NCBI GenBank assembly: GCA_024644515.1
Contig: JAHEHN010000021.1
Coordinates: forward strand, 8,338-72,337
Source: Gammaproteobacteria bacterium
GTDB taxonomy: Bacteria > Pseudomonadota > Gammaproteobacteria > Pseudomonadales > Pseudohongiellaceae
Length of the DNA stretch: 64,000 nt
Direction of reading: 5' to 3'
Shown: positions 1 through 13,392 of the stretch, piece after piece
Layout of the letters: every line of letters starts with the position of its first letter
Numbering within the stretch: the first letter of the stretch is position 1
Notes under the pieces: generated by a model
The model's database searches: none
Seen by the model: the letters and a program-made list of their open reading frames with translations, nothing else
What the model was told of the DNA's origin: nothing
Position numbers and translations under genes: made by a program

Positions 1-159
1 CAACAACGCGGTAGCCTGTTACAGGATCATCTGAAAAGATTAAACAAAAGCCTGAAGCCACTGCGCTCTAATAAAAGTATAAAGTAGGATTGAGATTACT
101 GCATATCAAGAGTGATGACTGGTACCAGAGCAGGTTTAAATAAGACTATTAACGGTTGA

Positions 160-1995
160 TTATTCAACTGTTACCGATTTAGCCAAATTCCTTGGTTGAT
201 CAATATCAGTCCCCTTGATCACAGCAACATGATAGGACAATAGCTGTAACGGGATGGTATAAATAATCGGATCCAGAAACTCAGAGCAGTGCGGGACATT
301 TACCACACTAATGTTTTCATCATTATGGAAGCCAGCCTCTGCATCAGCAAAAACATATAACTGGCCACCACGGGCGCTTACTTCCTGAAGATTTGATTTC
401 AGTTTCTCCAGTAGTTCATCGTTCGGCGCAACGGCAATAACCGGCATCTGGTCATCCACCAAAGCCAGCGGACCATGTTTTAGTTCACCAGCTGGGTAGG
501 CTTCTGCATGTATATAGGATATTTCCTTAAGTTTAAGGGCTCCCTCTTTCGCTACCGGGTATTGCACGCCTCTACCAAGAAATAGGGAGTGGCGTTTGTC
601 GGCAAAATCCAGCGACATCCGTTTAATCTGATCACTCAGCAATAAAGTTTGCTCAAGTATGTGGGGTAGCTGATGAAGGTCTTCTACCAGTTCCTGTTCG
701 TTTTCTTCAGTAAGCCCGTTGCGACGTGCAAGCACAATACAAAGCAAGGTAAGAATAGAAAGTTGGGTAGTAAATGCCTTGGTGGAAGCAACGCCAATTT
801 CGCGACCAGCCAGTGTCATGATGGAAAAGTCAGACTCACGCTGGATTGAGCTGTTGGCTACATTACAAATAGCCATGCAGCCCACATAGCCGGATTCCTT
901 TGCAAATCGAAGTGCAGCCAAAGTATCCGCTGTTTCGCCAGACTGGGAAATAGTGACGAACAAACAATTGTCCGGTACCAGCATGTTACGATAGCGGTAC
1001 TCACTGGCAATATCCACTGAACATGGCATGCGGGCAATATTTTCAAACCAGAATTTTGCTATCATTCCGGCATGATAACTAGTGCCACATGCCACTATTT
1101 GCACTCGATCAGTTTTGTCGAAAATCTCACGGGCATTGATACCAAAGGCTTCTTCAAGCACATGGGTTTTACTGAGTTTGCCCGCCAGAGTATTGCGAAC
1201 GGCGTCCGGCTGTTCAAAAATTTCCTTAAGCATGAAATGGCGATACTTGCCTTTTACTGAATTTTCCATGTCCTGGTTAAGTCGAACTATAGTTCGATCC
1301 ACCTTCTCGCCACCATTAACAATTTTTATCTTGTTGGCTTTTATTTCTGCTACATCACCCTCTTCAAGATAAATGAAACGGTCCGTAACCTGTCCAAGCG
1401 CAGCAGGATCTGATGCAATAAAGTTTTCGCCTATACCGACACCAATAATAAGTGGGCTGCCGCTACGAGCAACGATTATTCGTTTTGGATCTTCCTTATC
1501 AATTACGGCCAGGCCGTAAGCGCCATCAAGCAATTTGATGGTTCTATTGACCGCATCAAATAATGTCATTTCCTCTTCAATGACAAACATGTGTATCAAA
1601 TGAACTATAACTTCAGTATCAGTTTCCGTTTTGAACTCATAATTTTTCTTGATCAGCTCTTGTTTGAGCGTCTGATAGTTCTCAATAATACCGTTATGAA
1701 TTAATGCGAGACGATCGTGCGATATATGCGGGTGAGCGTTTTCTTCGGTAGGTTTGCCATGAGTTGCCCAGCGCGTATGCGCAATACCAACAGGCCCGTC
1801 AACCGGAGTTTGAATAATTTTATCTTCAAGAGACTTTACTTTCCCTACCGCTTTTACACAGGCCAGCGTTTTGTCTTTTCGTGTAATAAGGGCAAGGCCG
1901 GCCGAATCATATCCTCGGTACTCCAGTCTTTTTAAACCTTCAACCAGAATTCCGCTAACATTCCGCTGCCCAATGGCGCCTACAATTCCGCACAT
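160..1995 (-). CDS. glmS: Glutamine--fructose-6-phosphate aminotransferase
   Basis: 611-aa ORF starting MCGIVGAIG (catalytic Cys2 of class-II amidotransferases). Full-length GlmS-like sequence ending ...PRNLAKSVTVE. Lies directly after glmU. Confidence 0.97.
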   Translation of the reverse strand: MCGIVGAIGQRNVSGILVEGLKRLEYRGYDSAGLALITRKDKTLACVKAVGKVKSLEDKIIQTPVDGPVGIAHTRWATHGKPTEENAHPHISHDRLALIHNGIIENYQTLKQELIKKNYEFKTETDTEVIVHLIHMFVIEEEMTLFDAVNRTIKLLDGAYGLAVIDKEDPKRIIVARSGSPLIIGVGIGENFIASDPAALGQVTDRFIYLEEGDVAEIKANKIKIVNGGEKVDRTIVRLNQDMENSVKGKYRHFMLKEIFEQPDAVRNTLAGKLSKTHVLEEAFGINAREIFDKTDRVQIVACGTSYHAGMIAKFWFENIARMPCSVDIASEYRYRNMLVPDNCLFVTISQSGETADTLAALRFAKESGYVGCMAICNVANSSIQRESDFSIMTLAGREIGVASTKAFTTQLSILTLLCIVLARRNGLTEENEQELVEDLHQLPHILEQTLLLSDQIKRMSLDFADKRHSLFLGRGVQYPVAKEGALKLKEISYIHAEAYPAGELKHGPLALVDDQMPVIAVAPNDELLEKLKSNLQEVSARGGQLYVFADAEAGFHNDENISVVNVPHCSEFLDPIIYTIPLQLLSYHVAVIKGTDIDQPRNLAKSVTVE

Positions 1996-2013
1996 AAAAT
2001 CTTTTTCCCGGGA

Positions 2014-3387
2014 TTACTTTTTCTTTGCTTCAGGCCGCTTCCAGCCATCAATATTGGATTGTCTGCTACGGCCAAAGGCCAGCTGACCTTTTGCCACAGT
2101 CTTGGTTATAGTGGAGCCGGCAGCAATAAATCCGCCATCCTTAATTTCCAGGGGCGCAACCAGCACAGCATTTGAACCAACAAACACTTCATTGCCGATG
2201 ATGGTTTTAAATTTATTCACGCCATCGTAATTACAGGTAATGGTGCCAGCACCAACGTTAACATTGTTGCCCAGCTCTGCATCTCCAACATAGGAAAGGT
2301 GGTTGATCTTGCTGCCTTCACCAACAATACTTTTCTTGATTTCAACAAAGTTTCCCAGCTTGGCCGAATCTTTTAATTCCGTGCCGGGTCTTACTCTGGC
2401 AAATGGTCCCAACTGACAATTTTTTCCAATGACCGCATCTTCTATCACGGTATATGGATGCAATTGAGTGCCTTCACCAATAGAGCAGTTTTTCAGTATG
2501 CAGCCTGCGCCAATTTTTACGTGACCGGCAATATTTACTTCACCTTCAAGTATGACATTGATATCAATTTCAACATCCGCGGCAATGGTGGCATTACCTC
2601 GAATATCAAATCGAGCGGGGTCCGCCAGGCTCACCCCGTTATTCATTAATTCTGTATGCATATTTTGCTGATATGTCCTTTCCAGTTGCGCTAGTTGTAC
2701 CCGGTTGTTGATTCCTGTTATCTCCTGCTGATTGTCACAATTACTGGTAACAACGTGGCAACCATCCGCCAGAGCAATTTCAACCAGGTCGGTCAGGTAG
2801 TATTCCTTTTGTGCATTATTCGCTTCAACTTTAGGCAGCCAGGCTTTTAATCGCTTCACCGGTATAGCCATAAATCCGGTATTAATTTCGGAAATGGCTT
2901 TTTGTTCCGCTGTGGCATCTTTTTCTTCAACAATGCTGGTTATTTGACCTTCTTGATTACGAATAATTCTTCCCAATCCTTTTGGATCAGAAACATTACA
3001 GGTTAAAACGCCCATGCTGTTTTCATCGACCTTGCCAAGGAGGGCTTCCAGTGTGGATTTCCTGATCAGCGGGACGTCACCATAGAGAATGAGAACCAGC
3101 GCATCATCATCAAGATAGGGCAAGGTCTGTGCGACGGCATGCGCTGTCCCGAGCTGCTCTTTTTGTAATACAAAACGGCTAGCCTGCCCCCCCAGCATCT
3201 GTTCAACAAGTTCAGAACCAAAGCCCGTTACCACCTGAAGGTTTGCACAAGACAGTGAATGCGCTGTATTCAGGACATGTGACAGCATTGGCTTGCCCGC
3301 CAGCCTGTGTAAAACCTTGGGCAGAGAGGACGCCATTCGCGTGCCTTTACCGGCTGCCAGCACAACAACATTAAGTTTCAAAGGCAT
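2014..3387 (-). CDS. glmU: Bifunctional UDP-GlcNAc pyrophosphorylase / GlcN-1-P acetyltransferase
   Basis: 457 aa. N-terminal LAAGKGTRM nucleotidyltransferase motif and a C-terminal left-handed beta-helix hexapeptide region. Position between atpC and glmS. Confidence 0.97.
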   Translation of the reverse strand: MPLKLNVVVLAAGKGTRMASSLPKVLHRLAGKPMLSHVLNTAHSLSCANLQVVTGFGSELVEQMLGGQASRFVLQKEQLGTAHAVAQTLPYLDDDALVLILYGDVPLIRKSTLEALLGKVDENSMGVLTCNVSDPKGLGRIIRNQEGQITSIVEEKDATAEQKAISEINTGFMAIPVKRLKAWLPKVEANNAQKEYYLTDLVEIALADGCHVVTSNCDNQQEITGINNRVQLAQLERTYQQNMHTELMNNGVSLADPARFDIRGNATIAADVEIDINVILEGEVNIAGHVKIGAGCILKNCSIGEGTQLHPYTVIEDAVIGKNCQLGPFARVRPGTELKDSAKLGNFVEIKKSIVGEGSKINHLSYVGDAELGNNVNVGAGTITCNYDGVNKFKTIIGNEVFVGSNAVLVAPLEIKDGGFIAAGSTITKTVAKGQLAFGRSRQSNIDGWKRPEAKKK

Positions 3388-3423
3388 AATTTCCAGAGAT
3401 TAATTTTACTTGGGTAGAATACC

Positions 3424-3450
3424 AAAAAAGGCAGCGAATGCTGCCTTTTT
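3424..3450 (-). terminator. Rho-independent terminator after the atp operon
   Basis: Stem GGCAGC (3430-3435) / GCTGCC (3440-3445) with loop GAAT. Flanked by A6 (3424-3429) and T5 (3446-3450), so the minus-strand RNA reads hairpin then UUUUUU. Lies 52 nt past the atpC stop. Confidence 0.8.
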
Positions 3451-3501
3451 ATTGAATTGCTCTTATCTGCACTGACCACTTTCAGGCCTGGGAGAGAGGG
3501 G

Positions 3502-3927
3502 TTAACCGCCGAGCTTTTTGCGCAATTGCTGTAAGGTTCTGATCTGTGCAGCTGCATGGGCTAACTGAGATGCAGCCTGTGCATATTCCATCTCTGCGCC
3601 CTGGTTGAGAATAACTTCTTTAGCTTCTTCCATCGCCTCGATGGCATTGGCTTCATCAACATCATCTGCTCGAACCGCAGTATCTGCCAGAATATTCACA
3701 GTTCCGGGCTGAACTTCAAGAAAACCACCCGAGACATAGAAGATTTCTTCCTCACCATTTTGCGTAATGATGCGAACAGGACCAGGAATCAATGCCGTTA
3801 GCAAAGGAGCATGACCAGGATAAATACCCATATCACCCAGTGTGCCTGTGGCCGTCAAGGATTGAACACGACCTGAGAAGATCTGTTCTTCAGCACTCGC
3901 TATATCGCAATGGGTGGTCATGGCCAT
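3502..3927 (-). CDS. atpC: F1 ATP synthase epsilon subunit
   Basis: 141 aa with AtpC-like sequence; last gene of the atp operon. Confidence 0.95.
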   Translation of the reverse strand: MAMTTHCDIASAEEQIFSGRVQSLTATGTLGDMGIYPGHAPLLTALIPGPVRIITQNGEEEIFYVSGGFLEVQPGTVNILADTAVRADDVDEANAIEAMEEAKEVILNQGAEMEYAQAASQLAHAAAQIRTLQQLRKKLGG

Positions 3928-3991
3928 AGTGTTAATCTCTTTTTAGTTACCTATTTTCCAGGTAGTTCCTGATCGTTCTTTTCCAGCCAGA

Positions 3992-5419
<1,428 letters not shown>

Positions 5420-5462
5420 TTAACTAAAAATTATTTTTCCGCCAATGGTAAAAAGCCTTGCT

Positions 5463-6323
5463 TTAAAGCGCCGCTGCACCACTAACAATTTCTGACAATT
5501 CCTGTGTAATCGACGCCTGGCGTGCCTTGTTATAAATAAGCTGAAGCTCATCCATAAGTTCGCCCGCATTATCAGTAGCACTTTTCATGGCAATCATTCG
5601 TGCTGCCTGTTCACAGGCATTATTTTCAACAACCGCCTGATAAACCTGGGACTCGATATACCTGGCCAACAAACCTTCAAGCAAAGCTTGAGCATCGGGC
5701 TCATAGATATAATCCCAGTGATGCTTGAATTCATCGGATTCTTCGGGCTGCAAAGGTAACAGCTGCTCTACTTTGGCTTCCTGGGTCATGGTATTCACAA
5801 ATTCGTTTGATACCATGAATAGCTTATCGATAACGCCATCGGCAAAATTATCCAGCATGACCTTAACGCCACCAACCAGATCTTCAACTTCAGGTTTATC
5901 ACCCACACCCCTGACAGCTGCGATCACATTGCCGCCATAGCTATTGAAGAAAGCGGCACCCTTGGAACCGATAGCACAAATGTCAATTTCTGCACCTTCA
6001 TCATGCCAGGCTTTCATTGATTTGATCATTCTCTTGAACAGGTTAACGTTCAGGCCACCACACAAGCCACGGTCGGTTGATACGACTATATAACCAACAC
6101 GTTTAACTTCACGTTCTTCCATATAGATATGGCGATACTCAGGTGAAGAATGCGCCAGATGGCCCGCAACGTTTCGAATATTGCGTGCATAGGGTTTACC
6201 CAGTTCCATCCGGTCCTGCGCTTTTCGCATCTTGCTTGCCGCAACCATTTCCATGGCGCTAGTGATCTTCTGAGTATTTTTAATACTGCCGATCTGATTG
6301 CGAATTTCTTTTCCTGCTGCCAT
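5463..6323 (-). CDS. atpG: F1 ATP synthase gamma subunit
   Basis: 286 aa, N-terminus [36 protein letters not shown], operon position. Confidence 0.97.
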   Translation of the reverse strand: MAAGKEIRNQIGSIKNTQKITSAMEMVAASKMRKAQDRMELGKPYARNIRNVAGHLAHSSPEYRHIYMEEREVKRVGYIVVSTDRGLCGGLNVNLFKRMIKSMKAWHDEGAEIDICAIGSKGAAFFNSYGGNVIAAVRGVGDKPEVEDLVGGVKVMLDNFADGVIDKLFMVSNEFVNTMTQEAKVEQLLPLQPEESDEFKHHWDYIYEPDAQALLEGLLARYIESQVYQAVVENNACEQAARMIAMKSATDNAGELMDELQLIYNKARQASITQELSEIVSGAAAL

Positions 6324-6329
6324 TTTCTT

Positions 6330-7874
6330 TTACCAGCTCTGTGTAGAGATGAATTTTTCCATAGCGGCCTTGAAGGCTCTTTGAATTTCTTCGTTATAGT
6401 CGCCTGTTTCGTTGATTTTATTCATCAGGTCGCTGTACTCGGAATTCATGTAGGACAACAAGGCTGCTTCAAAGTCAGCAATCTTGGTCAAATCAATTTC
6501 TTTCAAAAAACCTTCATTGGCAGCAAACAGGACAATACCCATTTCCGCGACTGACAGAGGAGAGTATTGTTTCTGCTTCATTAATTCTGTAACGCGCTGT
6601 CCATGTTCCAATTGCGACCGGGTTGCTTCATCAAGGTCAGATGCAAACTGGGCAAATGCTGCCAGTTCACGATACTGGGCAAGAGCAAGACGAATACCGC
6701 CACCCAGCTTCTTGATAATATTGGTTTGTGCTGCGCCACCTACTCGGGAAACCGACAGACCTGCGTTCATGGCTGGACGAATACCGGAGTTAAAGAGGTT
6801 GGTTTCCAGGAAGATCTGGCCATCCGTAATAGAAATTACGTTGGTCGGTACGAATGCCGATACGTCACCAGCCTGGGTTTCAATAATGGGCAGCGCGGTC
6901 AGGGAACCTGTTTGTCCTTTCACTTTACCCTCGGTGAAATTTTCTACATATTCAGCATTAACACGTGCTGCCCGTTCCAGCAGACGTGAATGGAGATAGA
7001 ACACATCACCAGGATATGCTTCACGACCTGGCGGACGGCGTAACAACAGGGAAATTTGACGATAGGCCCAGGCCTGCTTGGTTAAATCATCATAAATAAT
7101 CAGGGCATCCTGGCCATTATCCCTGTAATACTCACCCATGGTGCAACCGGAATAGGGCGCAATAAACTGCATTGACGCTGGATCAGAAGCACCTGCGGCA
7201 ACCACGATGGTGTGGTCCATGGCGCCATGTTCTTCAAGCTTGCGAACCACAGAAGCGATGGATGATTGTTTCTGGCCAATAGCCACATAGATACATTTAA
7301 CACCTGTGCCTTTCTGGTTGATGATGGCATCAATGGCAACAGCTGTCTTACCAATCTGACGGTCACCAATAATCAGCTCTCGCTGACCACGACCAATTGG
7401 CACCATGGCGTCGATCGCTTTAAGGCCCGTTTGTACTGGCTGGGAAACCGACTGACGCGCAATTACACCTGGTGCAACTTTCTCAACAGCATCTGTCATC
7501 TTGGCATTCACTGGGCCCTTGCCATCGATGGGATTACCAAGAGCATCGACTACACGGCCTTCCAGTTCAGGACCGACCGGAACCTCAAGAATACGCTGGG
7601 TACAACGACAGCTTTGACCTTCGGCAAGGCTCTGATAATCACCCAGAACAACCGCACCCACGAAATCTCTTTCGAGGTTAAGTGCCATTCCATAGATGCC
7701 GCCTTCGAATTCAATCATCTCGCCGTACATCACATCTGCCAAGCCATGAATACGGATAATACCGTCAGACACACTGACGATAGTTCCTTCAGTACTCGGC
7801 TGGGCTGAGACATCCAGGCTTTCAATGCGCTGTTTAATAATTTCGCTTATTTCTGATGGGTTCAGTTGCTGCAT
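6330..7874 (-). CDS. atpA: F1 ATP synthase alpha subunit
   Basis: The ORF-track start at 7889 is a TTG. The conserved N-terminus [17 protein letters not shown] begins at the ATG at 7874. Walker A GDRQIGKT. Confidence 0.98.
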   Translation of the reverse strand: MQQLNPSEISEIIKQRIESLDVSAQPSTEGTIVSVSDGIIRIHGLADVMYGEMIEFEGGIYGMALNLERDFVGAVVLGDYQSLAEGQSCRCTQRILEVPVGPELEGRVVDALGNPIDGKGPVNAKMTDAVEKVAPGVIARQSVSQPVQTGLKAIDAMVPIGRGQRELIIGDRQIGKTAVAIDAIINQKGTGVKCIYVAIGQKQSSIASVVRKLEEHGAMDHTIVVAAGASDPASMQFIAPYSGCTMGEYYRDNGQDALIIYDDLTKQAWAYRQISLLLRRPPGREAYPGDVFYLHSRLLERAARVNAEYVENFTEGKVKGQTGSLTALPIIETQAGDVSAFVPTNVISITDGQIFLETNLFNSGIRPAMNAGLSVSRVGGAAQTNIIKKLGGGIRLALAQYRELAAFAQFASDLDEATRSQLEHGQRVTELMKQKQYSPLSVAEMGIVLFAANEGFLKEIDLTKIADFEAALLSYMNSEYSDLMNKINETGDYNEEIQRAFKAAMEKFISTQSW

Positions 7875-7927
7875 TCTTTTTTTCCTCAACTCTTTCCTTT
7901 TATTTCTATACGGTTTCCGCTAAAAAC

Positions 7928-8464
7928 TCAGGAATTCATTGCCTCGGCTAATTTATTTAATCTCCCTCGCAGTGAGCCGTCTATAACCAGATCATCCGTT
8001 CTCAGGACAAGCCCTCCAATAAGGGACTGGTCAACACGGCTGCTCAGGGATACATCCCGCTGCAAGCGCTTTTTCAATGTTTCTTTCAGTTTAATCTCAG
8101 CCGCCTCATCCAGGGCATAGGCAGAAATTACCTCTACGTCTACTCGTTTTTCCTGATTGGCTTTCATGGCGTCAAACAAGGTGACTATTTCAGACATCAG
8201 TGTCAGGCGCTTGTTTTCTGCCAGAACCGCAATAAAGCTTGCTACCTGCTTGTCAATCTCATCACCACAGATGCTAACGATTGCCGCTGCCTGTTGTTCT
8301 CCGCTAAGACTTGGAGAAGCCAGCAATTGGCTGACTCTTGGAGATTCAACAACTCCAGTTGCAGTTTGCAGCATGGCTGACCACTCAGCCAATTGTCCTG
8401 ACTGATTTGCCACTGCAAAGGCTGCTTTCGCATAAGGCCTTGCTATTGTTGTGTTTTGAGACAT
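7928..8464 (-). CDS. atpH: F1 ATP synthase delta subunit
   Basis: The track ORF runs upstream to 8566. The conserved start MSQNTTIARPYAKAAF is the ATG at 8464 (checked: cat at 8462-8464). Confidence 0.93.
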   Translation of the reverse strand: MSQNTTIARPYAKAAFAVANQSGQLAEWSAMLQTATGVVESPRVSQLLASPSLSGEQQAAAIVSICGDEIDKQVASFIAVLAENKRLTLMSEIVTLFDAMKANQEKRVDVEVISAYALDEAAEIKLKETLKKRLQRDVSLSSRVDQSLIGGLVLRTDDLVIDGSLRGRLNKLAEAMNS

Positions 8465-8516
8465 AAGGTGCTCTGATTTCCAATTACCATTTTCGGTATT
8501 TACCGAAAATGTTTTA

Positions 8517-8987
8517 TCACAGGCTTGTTGCCAATTGATCCAGCATGCTCGCATGAACTTTTTCATCCACGGATGACTGAAGAATTTTTTCTGCGCCGGA
8601 AATAGCTAATGCCGACACCTGGGCACGCAAGTCTTCTTTTGCGCGCAATACTTCCTGTTCAATTTCAGCCTGAGCAGCAGTAATCAAACGCTGCCCTTCC
8701 AGGCGAGCCTGCTCTTTTGCTTCATCCACAATCTGGGAAGCACGTTTGTTGGCCTGATCCAGAATGCTGACAGAATCTTTTTTTGCTTCTTTCAGCAGTT
8801 GCGAGGCTTTTTCCTGTGCCAGTTCAAGATCTTTTCCAGCACGATCGGCGGCTTCCAGACCATCAGCGATTTTCTTCTGTCGCTCATCCAGTGCTGCCAC
8901 GATCGGCGGCCAGACATAGTTCTTACAGAACCACGCAAACACGAAGAATGCGATTATTTGACCGAAGATAGTTGCATTCAGATTCAT
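8517..8987 (-). CDS. atpF: F0 ATP synthase subunit b
   Basis: The conserved start MNLNATIFGQIIAFFVF...YVWPPI is the ATG at 8987; the track ORF begins further upstream at 9032. One N-terminal TM helix followed by a long charged helix. Confidence 0.93.
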   Translation of the reverse strand: MNLNATIFGQIIAFFVFAWFCKNYVWPPIVAALDERQKKIADGLEAADRAGKDLELAQEKASQLLKEAKKDSVSILDQANKRASQIVDEAKEQARLEGQRLITAAQAEIEQEVLRAKEDLRAQVSALAISGAEKILQSSVDEKVHASMLDQLATSL

Positions 8988-9068
8988 AGTTTCCTCACCT
9001 AGGTTTGCATTGCGACCATTGCGCACTGCCAATTCATATCAATGCGCCCGTTGTTTTCAGTCGTCTGC

Positions 9069-9317
<249 letters not shown>

Positions 9318-9388
9318 TTATCTCCAGGTTTTACGAGTTTTAAACTAAATTAGCGTTATTGCGTTATTGCGTTTTTACTTTATTAATA

Positions 9389-10273
<885 letters not shown>

Positions 10274-10316
10274 TTAGCTATTTTTAATCAACTTAACAAC
10301 TATTTATTACAAACTT

Positions 10317-10712
10317 TTAGCGTTGGTGTTCTGGTGCCTGTTTGTAGGCAAATTGCATTTTTGCTATCGCAAAAATACCGCATCCGTGTGTCAACACGAA
10401 TCCAATAAATAAAGCCAGGGGGTTTAAAGAACCCATAAAACGGAAGGCAAGTGCAAAACCTGCACCCATCATCACTAACTTCACCGCTTCAGCAACAAAA
10501 GCACGGCGAATGGTTCTTTGCATGGCCCGCGAGCCAGTTTCCCGAAAATATACAAAACCGAAATAGGCACCAGGGATTATCGCAATCAACGCTCCAATAA
10601 TCACTGACTGGGCTTCAACCCAGCTCAGGGCCATATCAGTTACTGCTGCCAGTACTGCTGTAAATCCTGTTTGCAGGGCTACGACCCTGAGGACTGATAA
10701 TTTTGCTATCAC
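10317..10712 (-). CDS. atpI: ATP synthase protein I
   Basis: 131-aa hydrophobic protein, first gene of the atp operon. Start codon not certain. Confidence 0.8.
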   Translation of the reverse strand: MIAKLSVLRVVALQTGFTAVLAAVTDMALSWVEAQSVIIGALIAIIPGAYFGFVYFRETGSRAMQRTIRRAFVAEAVKLVMMGAGFALAFRFMGSLNPLALFIGFVLTHGCGIFAIAKMQFAYKQAPEHQR

Positions 10713-10864
10713 AGTACAGAAATTCTTCTACGCACGACCTGCTCGGGCCGCGGATTATAGGGAATTTAAGCCAACCAGACAATATATAGAGGAAAATTTG
10801 TGCACTTTCGGTGCAAGTTTTTTGAAAATGCCAGAAAATCGCCAAAATTCAGGAAGTAATCTGC

Positions 10865-11824
10865 TTATTTTATGTGATCAAGAATGCCTTCGAGCTGATC
10901 CAGGGAGTTATATTTGAAGACCAGTTTGCCTTTTCCTTTGGCCGTATGCTGAATCATGACCTGAGTACCCAGTTTCTCCGATAAATCATCCTGCAAATGG
11001 CGAATATCAGGGTCAATCTTGTCTGCAGGGGAGGTTTTTTTCTTATGGGACTGTAATTTTCTGACCAGGGCTTCCGTCTGCCTTACAGAAAGATCCTTCC
11101 CGATCACCGTCCTGGCTGCTTCTATCTGCTTTTCAAAAGGCAGGGATAGAAGTGCCCGGGCATGCCCCATTTCCAGGTCTCCATGCTCCACCAGTCGACG
11201 TACGTCGGGATTAAGGCTCATCAGCCGTAACAGATTCGTTACTGTAGTACGGGATTTACCTACCGCATCTGCGGCTTCCTGCTGGGTAAGCTCAAATTCC
11301 TCAATCAAGCGCTGCAGGGCCATGGCTTCTTCAATGGGATTAAGATTTTCTCGCTGAATGTTTTCTATCAGAGCCATTGCAATAGCCGCTTCATCAGCGA
11401 CCTGCTTGATTATGACAGGAATCTTGTCCAATCCTGCCAGCTGACTGGCACGCCAGCGTCTTTCACCAGCGACAATCTCATACATGTCAGAGCTTATACT
11501 GCGAACAACAATTGGCTGCATCACACCCTGTGCCTTGATGGAATTGGCCAGCTCTTCCAGGGATTCCGGCCGCATATCCAGTCGTGGCTGATATTTTCCT
11601 GGTTGGATAAACTCAACGGGGAGGTATTTCAGGGAATTGTTTTCGTTACTGGTAATAACAGGCTGCCCGGACTCGGCGGCTAGATCAGGGTTGATCGCAA
11701 CTTCTACGGCAGCTTCATTTTTTTCGCCCTGGTTTTCCTGGGACCTGGAATTTCCTGTTCCAAGTAATGCATCCAGCCCCCTGCCCAAACCACGTTTTTT
11801 TGTCGTCATTTTAATTACTGCCAA
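10865..11824 (-). CDS. parB: Chromosome partitioning protein ParB (Spo0J)
   Basis: 319 aa with the ParB-box motif IVAGERRWRAS and an HTH region. Lies downstream of parA. Confidence 0.96.
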   Translation of the reverse strand: MAVIKMTTKKRGLGRGLDALLGTGNSRSQENQGEKNEAAVEVAINPDLAAESGQPVITSNENNSLKYLPVEFIQPGKYQPRLDMRPESLEELANSIKAQGVMQPIVVRSISSDMYEIVAGERRWRASQLAGLDKIPVIIKQVADEAAIAMALIENIQRENLNPIEEAMALQRLIEEFELTQQEAADAVGKSRTTVTNLLRLMSLNPDVRRLVEHGDLEMGHARALLSLPFEKQIEAARTVIGKDLSVRQTEALVRKLQSHKKKTSPADKIDPDIRHLQDDLSEKLGTQVMIQHTAKGKGKLVFKYNSLDQLEGILDHIK

Positions 11825-11856
11825 TTCTGTAAAGTATTACGTATGAGCAAAGCATA

Positions 11857-12741
11857 TTAGCTATTGCCTACGCCGGGGCCATGGTCAGTCTCATTATCTT
11901 GCTGATTATCGCCGGCTTCTATGGTGATTTCCGGGTTGTTATCGCTATTTGCATCAACACCGCCAACGCTGTGACGTCTGAGAATCTCTCCTGCCAGGGC
12001 AATATAAGCCAGCGCTCCGCGAGATGTTTTATCATACACTATTACGGGTAATCCAAAACTTGGTGCTTCAGCAAGTCTCACATTACGCGGGACAATGGTT
12101 CTGTAAACCGTTTCTCCGAAATGATCGATAAGTTGATCTGATACTTCCTGTGACAGTTTATTGCGTGGGTCATACATTGTGCGCAATATACCTTCTATTT
12201 TAAGTCTGGAGTTCAATGATCCAGACACTGCCTGGACTGTTTGTGACAGTGCCGATAGTCCTTCAAGTGCATAATATTCGCATTGCATGGGTATCAATAC
12301 GCCATCAGCAGCCACCAATGCATTAATCGTCAACATGTTCAGCGACGGTGGGCAATCGATAAGAATATAATCATAAGTGATGCCGGCCTGGGAGAGGCTG
12401 TCACGTAAGCGATGATCACGACCTTCCTTGTCCAGCAGCTCCACTTCTGCTGCCGTCAGATCGCCGTTTGCAGGCAGCAGATCAAATCCGCCTTCAGAGG
12501 ACTTAACGGTAATTTCCTGCAGGGGTGTCTGTAGCACAAGGAGATCATAAACACTGGCCTCAAGATCATTTTTCTCGACGCCGCTTCCCATCGTCGCATT
12601 GCCCTGCGGGTCAAGATCCACCAGCAAGACTTTTTTATTCATGCGTGCCAGTGAGGCCGCCAGATTAACGCTGGTTGTGGTTTTACCCACTCCACCTTTC
12701 TGGTTTGCAATCGCAAAAATATGGCTCACTGTTCTCTGCAT
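11857..12741 (-). CDS. parA: Chromosome partitioning ATPase ParA (Soj)
   Basis: 294 aa with the deviant Walker A NQKGGVGKTT. Carries an extra acidic/polar C-terminal tail of about 38 aa. Confidence 0.96.
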   Translation of the reverse strand: MQRTVSHIFAIANQKGGVGKTTTSVNLAASLARMNKKVLLVDLDPQGNATMGSGVEKNDLEASVYDLLVLQTPLQEITVKSSEGGFDLLPANGDLTAAEVELLDKEGRDHRLRDSLSQAGITYDYILIDCPPSLNMLTINALVAADGVLIPMQCEYYALEGLSALSQTVQAVSGSLNSRLKIEGILRTMYDPRNKLSQEVSDQLIDHFGETVYRTIVPRNVRLAEAPSFGLPVIVYDKTSRGALAYIALAGEILRRHSVGGVDANSDNNPEITIEAGDNQQDNETDHGPGVGNS

Positions 12742-12747
12742 TCCTGT

Positions 12748-13392
12748 TTATTGCCCACTGGTCGGGACGATTTCTATGAGATGCCGGGTTCCATCAACCC
12801 CGGGCACATTAAGTTCGCTGGTTTTCACAAACCTGAAGGAAGCGGGTAACTCCAGTATTTCCTCCTCCGGATACTGCCCTTTCATAGCCAGTAATCTGCA
12901 ATCAGCTTTCATCAGATGACTGCATTGGCTGACTACCCTGGACAGGGTCGCATATGCCCGGCACAGGACAATATCAATTTGTTCCCTGCTTTGAAAGGTT
13001 TCCAGACGATTGTGAAATACTTCAACATTTTCCATTCCCAGTTCCATCCTAACCTGAAAAAGAAAGCGTGTTTTCTTGCCATTGCTGTCCAGCAATAAAA
13101 ACTTTTTTTCGGGGAAACATATAGCTAACGGGATTCCTGGCAGTCCGGCCCCGGTACCTACGTCCAGAATAATATTCCCGTCAATATGAGGTACTATCGC
13201 CAGACTGTCCAACAGGTGGTAAGCCACCATGCGCTGAACTTCCTTGATACCGGAAAGGTTGTAGGCTTTATTCCACTTATCCAGAAGCTGCAGATACTGA
13301 ACCAGCTGTTCTACTTTTTCATTGTCCAGGTCCAGATCAAGTATGGACAGTCCGGTTTTAAGTTGTTCCGTGAGTGAGAGTTTCGACTCCAT
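12748..13392 (-). CDS. rsmG: 16S rRNA (guanine527-N7)-methyltransferase
   Basis: 214 aa with SAM motif DVGTGAGLPGIPLAI. Follows mnmG, overlapping it by 1 nt. Confidence 0.95.
   Translation of the reverse strand: MESKLSLTEQLKTGLSILDLDLDNEKVEQLVQYLQLLDKWNKAYNLSGIKEVQRMVAYHLLDSLAIVPHIDGNIILDVGTGAGLPGIPLAICFPEKKFLLLDSNGKKTRFLFQVRMELGMENVEVFHNRLETFQSREQIDIVLCRAYATLSRVVSQCSHLMKADCRLLAMKGQYPEEEILELPASFRFVKTSELNVPGVDGTRHLIEIVPTSGQ

Noticed and set aside
1-87. Open plus-strand frame running in from the window edge to a TAG at 85-87 (QQRGSLLQDHLKRLNKSLKPLRSNKSIK*)
   Set aside because: Only 28 codons are visible and nothing identifies them. It may be the 3' end of a gene convergent with glmS, but this cannot be supported.
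88-159. Possible attTn7 occupancy downstream of glmS
   Set aside because: The spot about 25 bp past the glmS stop is the classical Tn7 target. The 159 nt available show no Tn7-end-like repeats (TGTGGG... / 22-bp TnsB sites). A convergent frame also ends only about 70 nt away. The site looks unoccupied within the visible sequence.
6484-7808. Several 128-180-aa plus-strand ORFs (6484-6999, 6603-6989, 7266-7808)
   Set aside because: All lie antisense inside atpA. They are shadow ORFs.
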